Assembly: GCA_963776345.1 (NCBI GenBank)
Contig: CAVZMH010000012.1
Coordinates: 1 to 64,000 of the forward strand
Direction of reading: 5' to 3'
Length of the DNA stretch: 64,000 bases
From: an uncultured delta proteobacterium
GTDB taxonomy: Bacteria > Myxococcota > Myxococcia > Myxococcales > Myxococcaceae
This document shows, piece after piece, positions 43,187 to 53,075 of the stretch. Every line of letters starts with the position of its first letter. Position 1 is the first letter of the stretch. The position numbers and the translations under genes were made by a program. The notes below the pieces were generated by a model. It searched no databases. It was not told the DNA's origin and worked only from the letters and a program-made list of their open reading frames with translations.

Positions 43187-43552
43187 TCAGACGGAGGAAG
43201 CGGGCAACCGCCAAGCGCGGGCGAACCCGCCGCTCAGGACGAACCGGGGAAAGGTCAGCCACTGCTCGGCCAGGATGCGGGCGACGACGTCACCCGGTCC
43301 GCGGAACGGGTACGGCGGCGTTCCCTCCCGCCGGTGGGTGCGGCCCTGCAGCGCCATCGCCCCGGCCATCGCCACCAGTCCCGCGGCGGCCAGCCAGCTC
43401 CGGACGAAGGGCGCGACGAGCACCGCCACCGTCCCCAGCTGGAAGGCGGGCACCGTGAGCGCGTGGACGAGGAGGTTCCGGCGGTCGCGGTGTCCGGCGG
43501 GGTAGAGCGACCATTGCCAGGCGAGGAGTGAACCGTCGCGGGCGTCGGTCAT
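43187..43552 (-). CDS. Mpo1/DUF962-like membrane protein
   Basis: YPAGHRDRRNLLVH, QGRTHRRE His pattern. Confidence 0.75.
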   Translation of the reverse strand: MTDARDGSLLAWQWSLYPAGHRDRRNLLVHALTVPAFQLGTVAVLVAPFVRSWLAAAGLVAMAGAMALQGRTHRREGTPPYPFRGPGDVVARILAEQWLTFPRFVLSGGFARAWRLPASSV

Positions 43553-43609
43553 CGGCAGGCCCTCCGGGCGCCAGCGTGGCACATCACCGTGCCTGCGGGG
43601 GCGTTCCGC

Positions 43610-44266
43610 TCACCCGGGGGTGCCGAGGTCCACCGGGCGCGTGGCGACCACCTGCCGCGCCCGCTTTCGGCGGCGCGAGCGGAGCACATCGACGATCCGC
43701 ACCAGGAAGAGCGCTCCGAGGATGGCCGCCCAGGTCATCGGAACGCGCACGTCCAGCTTCACCCTCCAGATGAAGTGGACGACGGCCAGCACCCCCGCCA
43801 CGTAGGCCAGCCGGTGCAGCGCCTTCCACCGCAGGAACCCGAGCCGCCGGACCGAGGCGTCGGTGCTGGTCCAGACCAGCGGCAGGAGCGTCAGGAAGGC
43901 GAGGAAGCCCACCACCATGAACTTCCGCTGCGTCACGTCGCCCCAGAGCACCGACCAGTCGAACTGCTGATCGATGGCCACGTAGGTCGTGAGGTGGAGC
44001 GCGGCGTAGAAGGCGGTGAAGAGCCCGAGCATCCGCCGCACGCGAACGGGCCACGCCCAGCCGGTGAGGATCTTCAGCGGGGTGCAGGCGAGCGAGGCGA
44101 TCAGGAACACCAGCGCCAGGTACCCGAGCTGGTTCAGGCCAATGGCCACCGCGTCCGCCCCGAGCGTCCGGTGCCACGCGCGCCAGCCCAGCACCGCCAG
44201 CGGGATCAGCGCCCCGGCGAAGAGGCCGGGCTTCAACCAGGGAAGTGGCGGACTGCGGGGAGCCAT
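43610..44266 (-). CDS. msrQ: Methionine sulfoxide reductase heme-binding subunit
   Basis: RRMLGL..AFYAALH, WTS, WKALHRLAY, H in last TM. Confidence 0.93.
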   Translation of the reverse strand: MAPRSPPLPWLKPGLFAGALIPLAVLGWRAWHRTLGADAVAIGLNQLGYLALVFLIASLACTPLKILTGWAWPVRVRRMLGLFTAFYAALHLTTYVAIDQQFDWSVLWGDVTQRKFMVVGFLAFLTLLPLVWTSTDASVRRLGFLRWKALHRLAYVAGVLAVVHFIWRVKLDVRVPMTWAAILGALFLVRIVDVLRSRRRKRARQVVATRPVDLGTPG

Positions 44267-44270
44267 CGCT

Positions 44271-45263
44271 TCAGTAGAGCGTCCGCGGGTCGAGCCCGGC
44301 GTAGAGCTTCGCGACCTCGTCGGCGTAGCCGTTGAAGGGCAGCGTCTTGCGCCGGGCGAGCTCGCCGATGCGCCGCTCGGTGGCCTGGCTCCACCGCGGG
44401 TGCGAGACGTCGGGGTTCACGTTGGCGTAGAACCCGTACTCCCGCGGGCCCTCGAGCGCCCAGGTGGTCGGAGGCTGCTTCTCCACCAAGCTGATCTTCA
44501 CGATGCTCTTGATGCCCTTGAAGCCGTACTTCCAGGGCACCACCAGGCGCAGCGGCGCGCCGTTCTGGTTGGGAAGCGCCTTCCCGTAGAGCCCCGCGGC
44601 GAGCAGGGTCAGCGGATGGGTCGCCTCGTCCATCCGGAGGCCCTCGACGTACGGCCACTCGAGGATGTGCGTGCGCTGGAGCGGCATCTGCTGCGGATCC
44701 AGCAGGGTCTGGAAGGCGACGTACTTCGCCGATCCGAGCGGCTCGACGCGCCGGATGAGGTCGCCGAGCGGGAACCCCAGCCAGGGGATGACCATGCTCC
44801 ACGCTTCCACGCAGCGCATCCGGTAGACGCGCTCCTCGAGCGGGAACCACTTGAGGAGCTGGTCGATGTCGACGGTGAGCGGGTTCTTGACCAGCCCGTC
44901 GACGGTCACGGTCCACGGCCGCGTCCTCAGCGTGCCGGCGTTGGCCGCGGGGTCCGGCTTGTCCGTGCCGAACTCGTAGAAGTTGTTGTACCCGGTGATG
45001 TCCTCGTACCGGGTGGGCGTCTCATCCGTGCTGTAGCGGCCGAGAATCTTGAGTTGCGGCGGCTCGGGCGCGGGCTTCCCCTTCGCGCCTGCGGCGCGTG
45101 CGAGTCCCGGCCCGCCCTCGGTGAGGGCGACCAGCCCCGCGCCGGTCGCCGCCGCGGTGAGCACGCCCAGGCCGGCGTTCTTCAAGAATTCGCGGCGGCG
45201 GAGGTACAGGGGCTCGGGGGTGATCTCGCGGGAGGGAGGCTCGGGGGTCTCGGGCTTGGACAT
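44271..45263 (-). CDS. msrP: Methionine sulfoxide reductase molybdoenzyme subunit
   Basis: RRREFL Tat motif; [27 protein letters not shown]. Confidence 0.96.
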   Translation of the reverse strand: MSKPETPEPPSREITPEPLYLRRREFLKNAGLGVLTAAATGAGLVALTEGGPGLARAAGAKGKPAPEPPQLKILGRYSTDETPTRYEDITGYNNFYEFGTDKPDPAANAGTLRTRPWTVTVDGLVKNPLTVDIDQLLKWFPLEERVYRMRCVEAWSMVIPWLGFPLGDLIRRVEPLGSAKYVAFQTLLDPQQMPLQRTHILEWPYVEGLRMDEATHPLTLLAAGLYGKALPNQNGAPLRLVVPWKYGFKGIKSIVKISLVEKQPPTTWALEGPREYGFYANVNPDVSHPRWSQATERRIGELARRKTLPFNGYADEVAKLYAGLDPRTLY

Positions 45264-45423
45264 GAACGGGTTCCTCCCCGGTGAGACGCGCCAGGGCACC
45301 GGTGGGTTACATCCCGGACGGGCCCGGCGCCACTCACGGCCTCCGGCTTGACGGCCGGCCGTTCCCGGGTGGAAGTGTGGGGCTCCCCCGGGCCACGGGG
45401 AGCCGTCCGGGGGATCCCACTCC

Positions 45424-47190
45424 ATGATTCGAACCGTCTCTCTTGCCCTCGGGGTCGCGTTGGTCATGACCGCCTGCCCCGACAACCCTCCGGGCAACCC
45501 GAATCCAGGCGGCGGCGACGGGGGCCCGCCACTCCCCTTCATCTCCGATCCGCTCCGGGCCGACGCCGGCTGCGATTGGGCCCAGTGGGGTCAGAACTGG
45601 GCCCACACCGGCGTGGCCTGCGTGCCGGCGCAGGGCTTCGGGACGGCGCTGGCGACCGTCACCTTCGACCCCTTCGTGCCACAGGAGATCGACGAGGCCG
45701 CCGGGCTGTTCGGCCGCGCCGACCTCTTCGTCCACTACGCCACCCCGATGGTCGTCGGCGACGACCTCTACATGGCGGTGAAGTCCGGCGCGTACGTGAG
45801 CTGCACGCCGCCGGGCTCCGGGGTCCCCGCCTCATGCGGCTTCGACGCCTGGAACCAGCAGGTCTGGGCGGTGAAGCATCTCGCCTGGATCTCCGGGTCG
45901 TTGACTCCGCAACAGTCGTTCGGCAGCAGCTGGAAGCCACCGCCCTGGCAGGTGGTGGGCGGCTGGGAGCCGGTGTTCCAGCCGGCGGTCTTCGACCAGG
46001 GGGTCTGGGTTCCCGCCGCGCAGGGGACGGTGATCCGTCTCGACCGGCAGCTCGAGAATCCCCAGGCGGTGAACCCGTTCTCCGACACCAACGTCAACCG
46101 GTACGTCACCGGCCCGCTGGTGGTCGACGTGGACGGAACCCTCCTCTACAACGTGGTCGAGCTCGACCCGCTGATGCCGGAGACCGGCGACGGGCGCGGA
46201 TACCTGGTGCGCGTCCCGCCCACCGGCCCGCCGACGAAGGTCCTGTACCAGAGCATCGTCAGCGGCGCGCCCGCGGCCACGGACCAGTGCCCGTACTCGT
46301 ACGCGGCAGGCAACATCCCCGGCCCGTACCCGGCCCCCGGGCCGGTCCCCACCGGTCCCTGCGGCTCGCAGCGGCCCGGGTTCAACTCGGGCCCGGCGAT
46401 CGGCCCGCGGGGAGTCATCTTCGTGGTGAGCCGGGCGCACTACGCCTCGAACGACTCCTCGCTGGTCGCGCTGAACCCGGACCTCAGCCCGAAGTGGACC
46501 TTCCGGATGCGCGAGGTGCTCACGGATGGCTGCGGTGTGCTCGCCAGCTGCCGGTCAGGCGCCCCCCTCGGCGTGGATCCGTCGACCGGGTTGAAGCCCA
46601 GCGTGAGGGTGAACGACCAGGCCTCCTCGGTGCCGGTGGCCCTGCCGGACGGCGCGGTGCTGTACGGGGGGTTCACCGGGTACAACGGCTCGCGCGGACA
46701 TCTGGTGAAGTTGGGCCCTGACGGGAAGCTGATGGGCACCTACGACTTCGGCTGGGACGTGACCCCGGCGGTCTGGGTGCACGGCGGCACGTACTCGATC
46801 ATCACCAAGGACAATCACTACCTCGCGCCGGACGGCGGCGAGGGTCCGTACGACATCACCCAGCTCTCGCGCGACCTGAAGCCGGAGTGGAAGTTCACCT
46901 CCACCGAGACCCGGAGCTGCCAGACCGAGACGGACGGCGGTCTGGCCTGCGTCTCGGACCATCCGGACGGGTTCGAGTGGTGCGTCAACGCGCCGGCGGT
47001 CGGCCCGGACGGAACCGTGTACGCCAACAGCGAGGATGGGCGCGTGTACTCCATCCGCCAGGGCGGCACGCTGGTCGAGCAGCGGTTCCTGCTCCAGTCG
47101 CTCGGCGCCGCGTACACCCCGATCGCGATCGACTCGAAGGGCCGGGTCTACTCGATGAACGGCGGGGTCATGACCGTCGTCGGGCAGTGA
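45424..47190 (+). CDS. Cys-rich lipoprotein, PQQ-like beta-propeller
   Basis: Lipobox MTAC; repeated LVALNPD...[23 protein letters not shown] blades. Confidence 0.8.
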   Translation: MIRTVSLALGVALVMTACPDNPPGNPNPGGGDGGPPLPFISDPLRADAGCDWAQWGQNWAHTGVACVPAQGFGTALATVTFDPFVPQEIDEAAGLFGRADLFVHYATPMVVGDDLYMAVKSGAYVSCTPPGSGVPASCGFDAWNQQVWAVKHLAWISGSLTPQQSFGSSWKPPPWQVVGGWEPVFQPAVFDQGVWVPAAQGTVIRLDRQLENPQAVNPFSDTNVNRYVTGPLVVDVDGTLLYNVVELDPLMPETGDGRGYLVRVPPTGPPTKVLYQSIVSGAPAATDQCPYSYAAGNIPGPYPAPGPVPTGPCGSQRPGFNSGPAIGPRGVIFVVSRAHYASNDSSLVALNPDLSPKWTFRMREVLTDGCGVLASCRSGAPLGVDPSTGLKPSVRVNDQASSVPVALPDGAVLYGGFTGYNGSRGHLVKLGPDGKLMGTYDFGWDVTPAVWVHGGTYSIITKDNHYLAPDGGEGPYDITQLSRDLKPEWKFTSTETRSCQTETDGGLACVSDHPDGFEWCVNAPAVGPDGTVYANSEDGRVYSIRQGGTLVEQRFLLQSLGAAYTPIAIDSKGRVYSMNGGVMTVVGQ

Positions 47191-47270
47191 GTCACGCGCC
47201 CGCCCACCGGTCGCTCGCACAGCATGCGCCGCCTGGGCCTGTCACGCTCGCGCTGAGCGGCCGGCCGTGC

Positions 47271-49601
47271 TCAGCGCTCGCGGAAGACGACCACGGGCGT
47301 CGTCCCATCGAAGGCGTATCCGCCCTGGACCAGGACGTAGAGTCGGTTGGACCCGTCGTAGCCGATCCCCAGGAGCCCGTACACTCCGGTCAGGAGATGC
47401 TCCGTCCAGCCGTCGGCGGGCCGGGCGATCTGGATGCCCCCCGCCGTGGAGACGACGAGGGCGGGCGATGCCCCGGTCACCGACGTCCCGATGCGCAGAC
47501 CCGACGGGTCGAGCGTTCCGCTGCTCGCCAGGGAGACCGGGGTCCCCCACCCCGAACCATCGCGGCTGGTGAGCTGGAGCTGGCTCCGGGTCCAGTCGTA
47601 GGTGAGGAGGGTGAGCGTGTCGCCGGTGCTCGCCAAGAGCCGCTGGAGCCGCGAATCCGGGGTGGGGAGCGGCGCCGGCTCCGCGCTCCAGGCCGTGCTC
47701 CGCGAGGCATGCGCCGCCGTGCCCGAGTAGTCTTGGGCGAGGACGTGGACCGTCCCTTCCGGCGAGACTGCGACGAACATCGACTGGAGGCTCGAGGTCA
47801 CCCCGCCGATCGTCACGCCCGGGTCCTCGGTGACGTACGCGCTCCCGGACCAGCGGACGACCCGGAGACCGGGACCGGTTCCATCCATCGAGACCAGCGC
47901 CACCGGGCGTCCCGCCGGGTCGAGGGCGAACGCGTAGGACGAGGCCACCATTCGGGCCAGCTCCTCGGACCTCCAGCTGGCGCCGTCGAACCAGTCGTGC
48001 ACCACGGCGCTCGTGCTGGTGCCCTGGACGGTGTTGCGGAGGTAGACCAGGTGGGGTCGGAAGGCGCTGTCGAGGCGGAAGTACGGCTGGGCGAACGGCA
48101 GCGCGTTCGCCGGAAGGTACGGCAGCCACGCCGGCTGATCCGAGGCCGCCAGCCCCGTGGAGTCCGAGTAGGCGAGCATCCGATCCGTGTCGTCCAGAGC
48201 GGCCTCGGAAGCATAGGGGTAGCTCGGCGCCGTGCCGGGAAAATGAACGACCGACGTCTCCCAGGTGCCGGCCCCGGCGGGCGGCAGCGTTGCCACCCCC
48301 ACCGACGCTCCCGCGGAGCCGAAGCCGCTCGCGCGCGGCTCGACCACGTAGGTGTAGAGGCCGGTCGCGATCCCGACGTCGCCGTACGAGGTGGTGGAGG
48401 CCGGCAGGTGGACGAGGTCGGTGGCGAACTGGCCGTTCAGCCCGGCCGCCCGGCGAATCACCACCTCGGTCGCGACGGCCGACTGGTTCTGCCAGGTCAG
48501 CTGCACGCTCTCCACGCCCGGGACGGCGGTGAGCGCTGTCGGTGCCCGAAGCCCGACGACGACCGAGTAGACGGTGGCGGTGAAGCCCTGCGTCGCGCCG
48601 TCGACCCACCGAAGCCGGTAGGAGTAATTACGGGTCTCCTCCGCCTGGTCGTCGACGTAGCTGGACGCCGGAGGGGCGACGCTGGCGAGCGCCGTCCAGG
48701 TCGGGGTCGAGACGCCCAGGTCCGAGCGCTCGATGAGCATGGCGGTCACGTCGGTCCGCGGTTGCCAGCTCAACCGGACCGCGCCCGACGTGCCATCGGC
48801 GGTCAGGAGGGTCGGCGGACGCAGCCCCGAGTCGCTGCTCACCTCGGCGGACCAGTCGGACGACTGGTTGCCGAGCGTGTTGCGGACCCGGAAGGCGACG
48901 GGGGTGCGCTCGGGCAGGTCCGGGCCGAGGCTGACGGTGGCGCTGGAGACGTAGCCGTTGCCGAAATCCTGCCAGCTCCCGGCGCCGATCTTCGCCTGGA
49001 CGTCGATGTCCTGCGTCGAGCCGGTGACGGTGAAGGTGAGGTTGTAGGTGCCGTAGAAGTCGGTCTTCTCCACCTTCAGGTCCTGCGGAATCTGCAGGCC
49101 GTTCGAGGGCGGGGTGTGCGTCATCGGCGCGGTGAGGTCGAAGTCCACCGTGGCGGCGGAGCAGCCCCCGGACGCCTGCTGCACCACGCTGCCGTGGAAC
49201 GCGAGCTGGAGGGCGCTGCTGCTGTTCAGCGTTCCGCCTCCGCTCGCCACCTTCACGGTCAGGTGACACCCTCCGCTGGACGTCACCTCGCAGTCCTTCG
49301 GCGCGACCGTGAACGTGTTGGCCGAGGTCACCGTTCCCACCAGCCCGGTATCCGTCGGACCGCAGAATCCCGGGAGCTGGAGCGCGTTCTTGCCCGTGAC
49401 CAGGATCTGCTGCTGCACGTCGGCCGTGCTCGTCGACGTCACCTGCCCGTTCTGCCGGTAGGTGTAGGTCGCGGTGCCGTACCAGGTCCCGGCGAAGCTC
49501 GGGGCGTGGTCCTCGGCGAGCTCCTGCGCTCCGGGCCCTGAGCCGCAGCTGGCCGCGACGATGGCCAGCGCGAGCCACCTCCCACCCGTGCGTCGTCTCA
49601 T
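47271..49601 (-). CDS. Lipoprotein with fibronectin type III repeats and probable beta-propeller
   Basis: Lipobox AASC; VRLSW...YRLR and VQLTW...YVV FN3 patterns. Confidence 0.8.
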   Translation of the reverse strand: MRRRTGGRWLALAIVAASCGSGPGAQELAEDHAPSFAGTWYGTATYTYRQNGQVTSTSTADVQQQILVTGKNALQLPGFCGPTDTGLVGTVTSANTFTVAPKDCEVTSSGGCHLTVKVASGGGTLNSSSALQLAFHGSVVQQASGGCSAATVDFDLTAPMTHTPPSNGLQIPQDLKVEKTDFYGTYNLTFTVTGSTQDIDVQAKIGAGSWQDFGNGYVSSATVSLGPDLPERTPVAFRVRNTLGNQSSDWSAEVSSDSGLRPPTLLTADGTSGAVRLSWQPRTDVTAMLIERSDLGVSTPTWTALASVAPPASSYVDDQAEETRNYSYRLRWVDGATQGFTATVYSVVVGLRAPTALTAVPGVESVQLTWQNQSAVATEVVIRRAAGLNGQFATDLVHLPASTTSYGDVGIATGLYTYVVEPRASGFGSAGASVGVATLPPAGAGTWETSVVHFPGTAPSYPYASEAALDDTDRMLAYSDSTGLAASDQPAWLPYLPANALPFAQPYFRLDSAFRPHLVYLRNTVQGTSTSAVVHDWFDGASWRSEELARMVASSYAFALDPAGRPVALVSMDGTGPGLRVVRWSGSAYVTEDPGVTIGGVTSSLQSMFVAVSPEGTVHVLAQDYSGTAAHASRSTAWSAEPAPLPTPDSRLQRLLASTGDTLTLLTYDWTRSQLQLTSRDGSGWGTPVSLASSGTLDPSGLRIGTSVTGASPALVVSTAGGIQIARPADGWTEHLLTGVYGLLGIGYDGSNRLYVLVQGGYAFDGTTPVVVFRER

Positions 49602-49677
49602 CGGCCCCCCTTCCTTCCGCCGGGGGGAGCCTAGCCGGTCGGCGCCGCCGGAGCAGCAGATACGCGGGGGCAGGCGT

Positions 49678-51345
49678 TCAGGGGAACTCGGCCTCGAGCT
49701 TCTCGGCGGTGACGTAGCGCGGCGCGATGTCGACCGGCACCCTGGCGAGCCGCGAGAGCACCCGCTCGGTCTCGGGACGGTTCACCACCAGCCGGTCGAG
49801 GAGCGCCTTGGCCCGCGCCTTGTCGCCGGTGGCCTCGATGGTGAGGAGCTCGCGCGCCAGCGCCTCGAACGCCGGGCCCAGCTTCGCGGGGACCAGGGTG
49901 AAGCGCCCATCCGGCGAGACCTTGAAGCCGCCGGCGTCGAGCAGCCAGTTCAGCTGCACCGCGGTGCCCTTCCCGTGCGCCTCGTTCAGCCCGAAGCGGA
50001 TGGACCGGAACATGCCCGCGAGCACCGTCGGGCCGAGCGCCTTCCCCATCTCGGCCGGGAGCTGCCCCTGGTCGACCAGCCGCTGCATCGCCCAGATGCC
50101 CACCGCGTCCGCCTTGCACTCCTCGATGGTGCCGTAGACCTCCTGGAGCTCGGCGCGCGGGGTGGTCTCGCGCCCGTTCAAGGTGATCCGCTGCGGTCCG
50201 ATGCCGTGCACCAGCTCGTGCATCAGGATCTGGGTGAAGAACGGATCGAACTGCACCGACTTCAGCAGCTCCGGCGCGATGGCGATCTTCGCGATCGGGA
50301 CCAGGGTCTTCTCGAACTTCGCCAGGTCCATGTTCCGGAGCATGATCCGCTTGCTGCCGTGGGCGGCGACGGTGCGCTCGTCGTTCGGCAGGTTGTAGGC
50401 GGCGGTCTGGACGCCGCGGTTCCCGTCGCCGGCGGCGAAGAGGCTGTTCACCACCCGGATGGGGGCCAGCGCGCCGATCTTCGGGTTCTTGTACCGGTCG
50501 TCCATCGGCAGCGCGTTCTCCAGCGCCTGGAGCTGGCCGGAGAAGCGCTTCAGCTTCTCGGTCTCCTTCGCGTCGACCACGGTGATGTACGCCTCGAATC
50601 CCGCCTTCTGGTTGAACCACTCGTCCTCGTAGGTCTCGTACGGGCCGAAGGTCGGGTCGATGGTGGTGTCGAGCTGCATCCAGGCGACGTCCGACTCGGC
50701 GTAGTCGTCGTTCAGCAGGGCCGCGGCGCGCTTCTCGAGGAAGCTCCGGAGCGCGGGCTGCTCGGTGGCCGCCGCCGCCTCGCGGAGCAGCGCGGCCGCG
50801 CGGGCCAGCTCTCCCTGGTACTCGAGGCTGTAGGGGACGATGGTGAAGCTCCCGCCCGGCGCCCGCCGGATGGTGGTGAAGAAGCCGCTGGCCCGCGCCC
50901 GGTCCTCGGGAGAGAGCGTCGACATCCAGCGGGACACCTCGTCCTTGGTCGCGCCGGCCGGATAGAAGTTGCCCGCGGCCGGCTTGGCCGGGACTCCGGG
51001 AAGGAACGGTGCATCGTGGGCCAGCCGGTCCCACGGGCCCTGGTTGAGGAGGAAGAAGCGAAGCTGCGCCTGGGCGAGCGGCGACCCGTCCCGCGCCAGC
51101 TTCACTGCCCACGCCTCGCTCCCTGCCCATGACTGGCGCAGGAAGAGCGGGTCCATCACCCGTGCGGCCTGCACCAGCCGGGCGAGCGCCTTGCGCTCCG
51201 AGGCAGGCAGCCCGGCCACGTCCACCGCGAGCGGCGTGGGGACGAACTGGTCGAGCGAGGCGCGCAGCTCGGGCAGCCCGGGCAAGGGGGCGGCGGAGGC
51301 GAGCGAGGCGCCGACGAGGAACGGGAGGAGGAGGGCGGTGCGCAT
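49678..51345 (-). CDS. Secreted M49-like (DPP III-related, HExxH type) metallopeptidase
   Basis: GPWDRL, GPYETYED, AYNLPNDE, MHELVHG, EECKAD. Confidence 0.88.
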   Translation of the reverse strand: MRTALLLPFLVGASLASAAPLPGLPELRASLDQFVPTPLAVDVAGLPASERKALARLVQAARVMDPLFLRQSWAGSEAWAVKLARDGSPLAQAQLRFFLLNQGPWDRLAHDAPFLPGVPAKPAAGNFYPAGATKDEVSRWMSTLSPEDRARASGFFTTIRRAPGGSFTIVPYSLEYQGELARAAALLREAAAATEQPALRSFLEKRAAALLNDDYAESDVAWMQLDTTIDPTFGPYETYEDEWFNQKAGFEAYITVVDAKETEKLKRFSGQLQALENALPMDDRYKNPKIGALAPIRVVNSLFAAGDGNRGVQTAAYNLPNDERTVAAHGSKRIMLRNMDLAKFEKTLVPIAKIAIAPELLKSVQFDPFFTQILMHELVHGIGPQRITLNGRETTPRAELQEVYGTIEECKADAVGIWAMQRLVDQGQLPAEMGKALGPTVLAGMFRSIRFGLNEAHGKGTAVQLNWLLDAGGFKVSPDGRFTLVPAKLGPAFEALARELLTIEATGDKARAKALLDRLVVNRPETERVLSRLARVPVDIAPRYVTAEKLEAEFP

Positions 51346-51379
51346 GGGGCGCCCCGCTTACACCGCCGCGGGCCCGTCG

Positions 51380-51550
51380 TCAGCCCTGACGCCGTGAAAT
51401 GCCGAGATGCGACAGGACCGAGTCGGCCGCCCGCCGCCCCGAGGTGAGCGCGCCGTCGATGCTGGCGTTGTCGCGGTGGTCGCCGCAGACGGTGATGCCG
51501 CTCGGGGTCCGGACCGGGCGCTGCGCCGGCTCGAGCGCCGAGGGAGTTTC
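51380..51550 (-). pseudogene. C-terminal remnant of an FAD-dependent amine-oxidase-like oxidoreductase
   Basis: Frame absent from the ORF track reads ETPSALEPAQRPVRTPSGITVCGDHRDNASIDGALTSGRRAADSVL...*; no start codon or N-terminus. Confidence 0.7.
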
Positions 51551-51584
51551 AGCGACGCCAGGACCTTCGTCACCCGCTAGAGCG

Positions 51585-52538
51585 TCAGCGAGGCGGGGCG
51601 AGCGGGCCCTTCGGCTCGGCCGCCTTGGGGCGGATGGCGCTCATGGCCAGGCCGATCATCGCCCCCACGTCGCTGAGGTTGGACGGGACGACCAGCGTGT
51701 TGGCCGACTTGGCGAGCTTCCCGAACTCGGTGATGTACTGCTCGGCCACGCGCAGCTGGACCGCCTCGAAGCCGCCCGAGGCGTTGATGGCCTCGGCGAC
51801 GGAGCGGATGCCCTCCCCAGTCGCCCGCGCCACCGCCAGGATGGCCGAGGCCTGACCCTCGGCCTCGTTGATCTGCTGCTGCTTCTTGGCCTCGGACTGC
51901 TTGATGACCTGCTGCTTCTGGCCCTCGGCGGAGTTGATGGCCGCGTCCCGCTCGCCCTCGGACTGGAGCACCGTGGCGCGCTTCTCCCGCTCGGCGCGCA
52001 TCTGCTTCTCCATCGCGGCGATGATGTCCCGGGGCGGGGTGATGTTCTTGATCTCGTAGCGGAGCACCTTCACCCCCCACGCCTCCGACGCCTTGTCCAC
52101 CTCGGAGACCACCTGGGCGTTGATGTGGCTCCGGACCTCGAAGGTCCTGTCCAGGTCGATCTTGCCCACCTCGCTCCGCAGCGTGGTCTGGGCCAGCTGG
52201 GTGATGGCGAAGACGTAATTCGTGATCCCGTAGGAGGCCCGGCGCGGGTCCATCACCTTCATGTAGAGGATGCCGTCCACCCCGACCTGCACGTTGTCCT
52301 TGGTGATGCAGACCTGCTCCGGGATGTCGATCGCCTGCTCCTTGAGGGTGTGCCGGTAGCGGATGGCGTCGATGAACGGCACCAGGATGTGAAAGCCGGC
52401 CTCGAGCACGCCGCTGAACCGGCCCAGCCGCTCGACCACGAAGGCGTTCTGCTGCGGGACCACCACCGCGGTCTTGAAGAGGATCACCAGGACGAGGATG
52501 GCGACCAGGACTCCGACGAACAGCAATGCTTCGGTCAT
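51585..52538 (-). CDS. SPFH/band 7 protein (QmcA-like)
   Basis: VVERLGRF, ITKDNV, AQTTLRS, MEKQMRAEREKRA. Confidence 0.93.
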   Translation of the reverse strand: MTEALLFVGVLVAILVLVILFKTAVVVPQQNAFVVERLGRFSGVLEAGFHILVPFIDAIRYRHTLKEQAIDIPEQVCITKDNVQVGVDGILYMKVMDPRRASYGITNYVFAITQLAQTTLRSEVGKIDLDRTFEVRSHINAQVVSEVDKASEAWGVKVLRYEIKNITPPRDIIAAMEKQMRAEREKRATVLQSEGERDAAINSAEGQKQQVIKQSEAKKQQQINEAEGQASAILAVARATGEGIRSVAEAINASGGFEAVQLRVAEQYITEFGKLAKSANTLVVPSNLSDVGAMIGLAMSAIRPKAAEPKGPLAPPR

Positions 52539-52999
52539 GTGCTTCCTCCGCCGGGCGTCCATCCGCCGCGGCCCTCGGTGCCTCCGACCCATACCGTCAA
52601 TCCGTCGATGCGATCCACCGGGACGCGCTCACCCACCCGCACCGTCCGGTTCGCCCGCGCGCTCCAGGCGGTCCCGCGCAGCTCGACCTTGCCCAGCTCG
52701 CCGGGACGGATCTCCTCGGTGACCAGCGCCCATTCGCCCTTCATCTCCTCCCCCGGGAGCGCCGGCGGGGCGATCCCCAGCCGCTGCATCACTGGACGGC
52801 GGAGGACCAGCACCCCCACCACCGACAGGGCGCTGAACAGGAGCCACTGCAGCCACTCCGGTCCGGCGATGTGCAGCACGGTGAGCAGACCCACCACGAC
52901 GGCCGCAAAGCCGAAGAACACCGCAAAGAACCCGCCCGGGGTGACGAGCTCGAAGATGAGGAGGCCGACCCCGGCCACGAACCACATCCACCAGTACAC
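52535..52999 (-). CDS. NfeD-family (YbbJ-like) protein
   Basis: TM N-terminus with ELVTPG; OB fold GKVELRGTAWSA; overlaps the SPFH start. Confidence 0.9.
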   Translation of the reverse strand: MYWWMWFVAGVGLLIFELVTPGGFFAVFFGFAAVVVGLLTVLHIAGPEWLQWLLFSALSVVGVLVLRRPVMQRLGIAPPALPGEEMKGEWALVTEEIRPGELGKVELRGTAWSARANRTVRVGERVPVDRIDGLTVWVGGTEGRGGWTPGGGST

Positions 53000-53075
53000 G
53001 GTGCGGCGACGCTAGCACGCGCCGCGAGAACCCCTCGCCACGGATTCACCCGGCGCGTTTGACCTGCCTCGTGCC

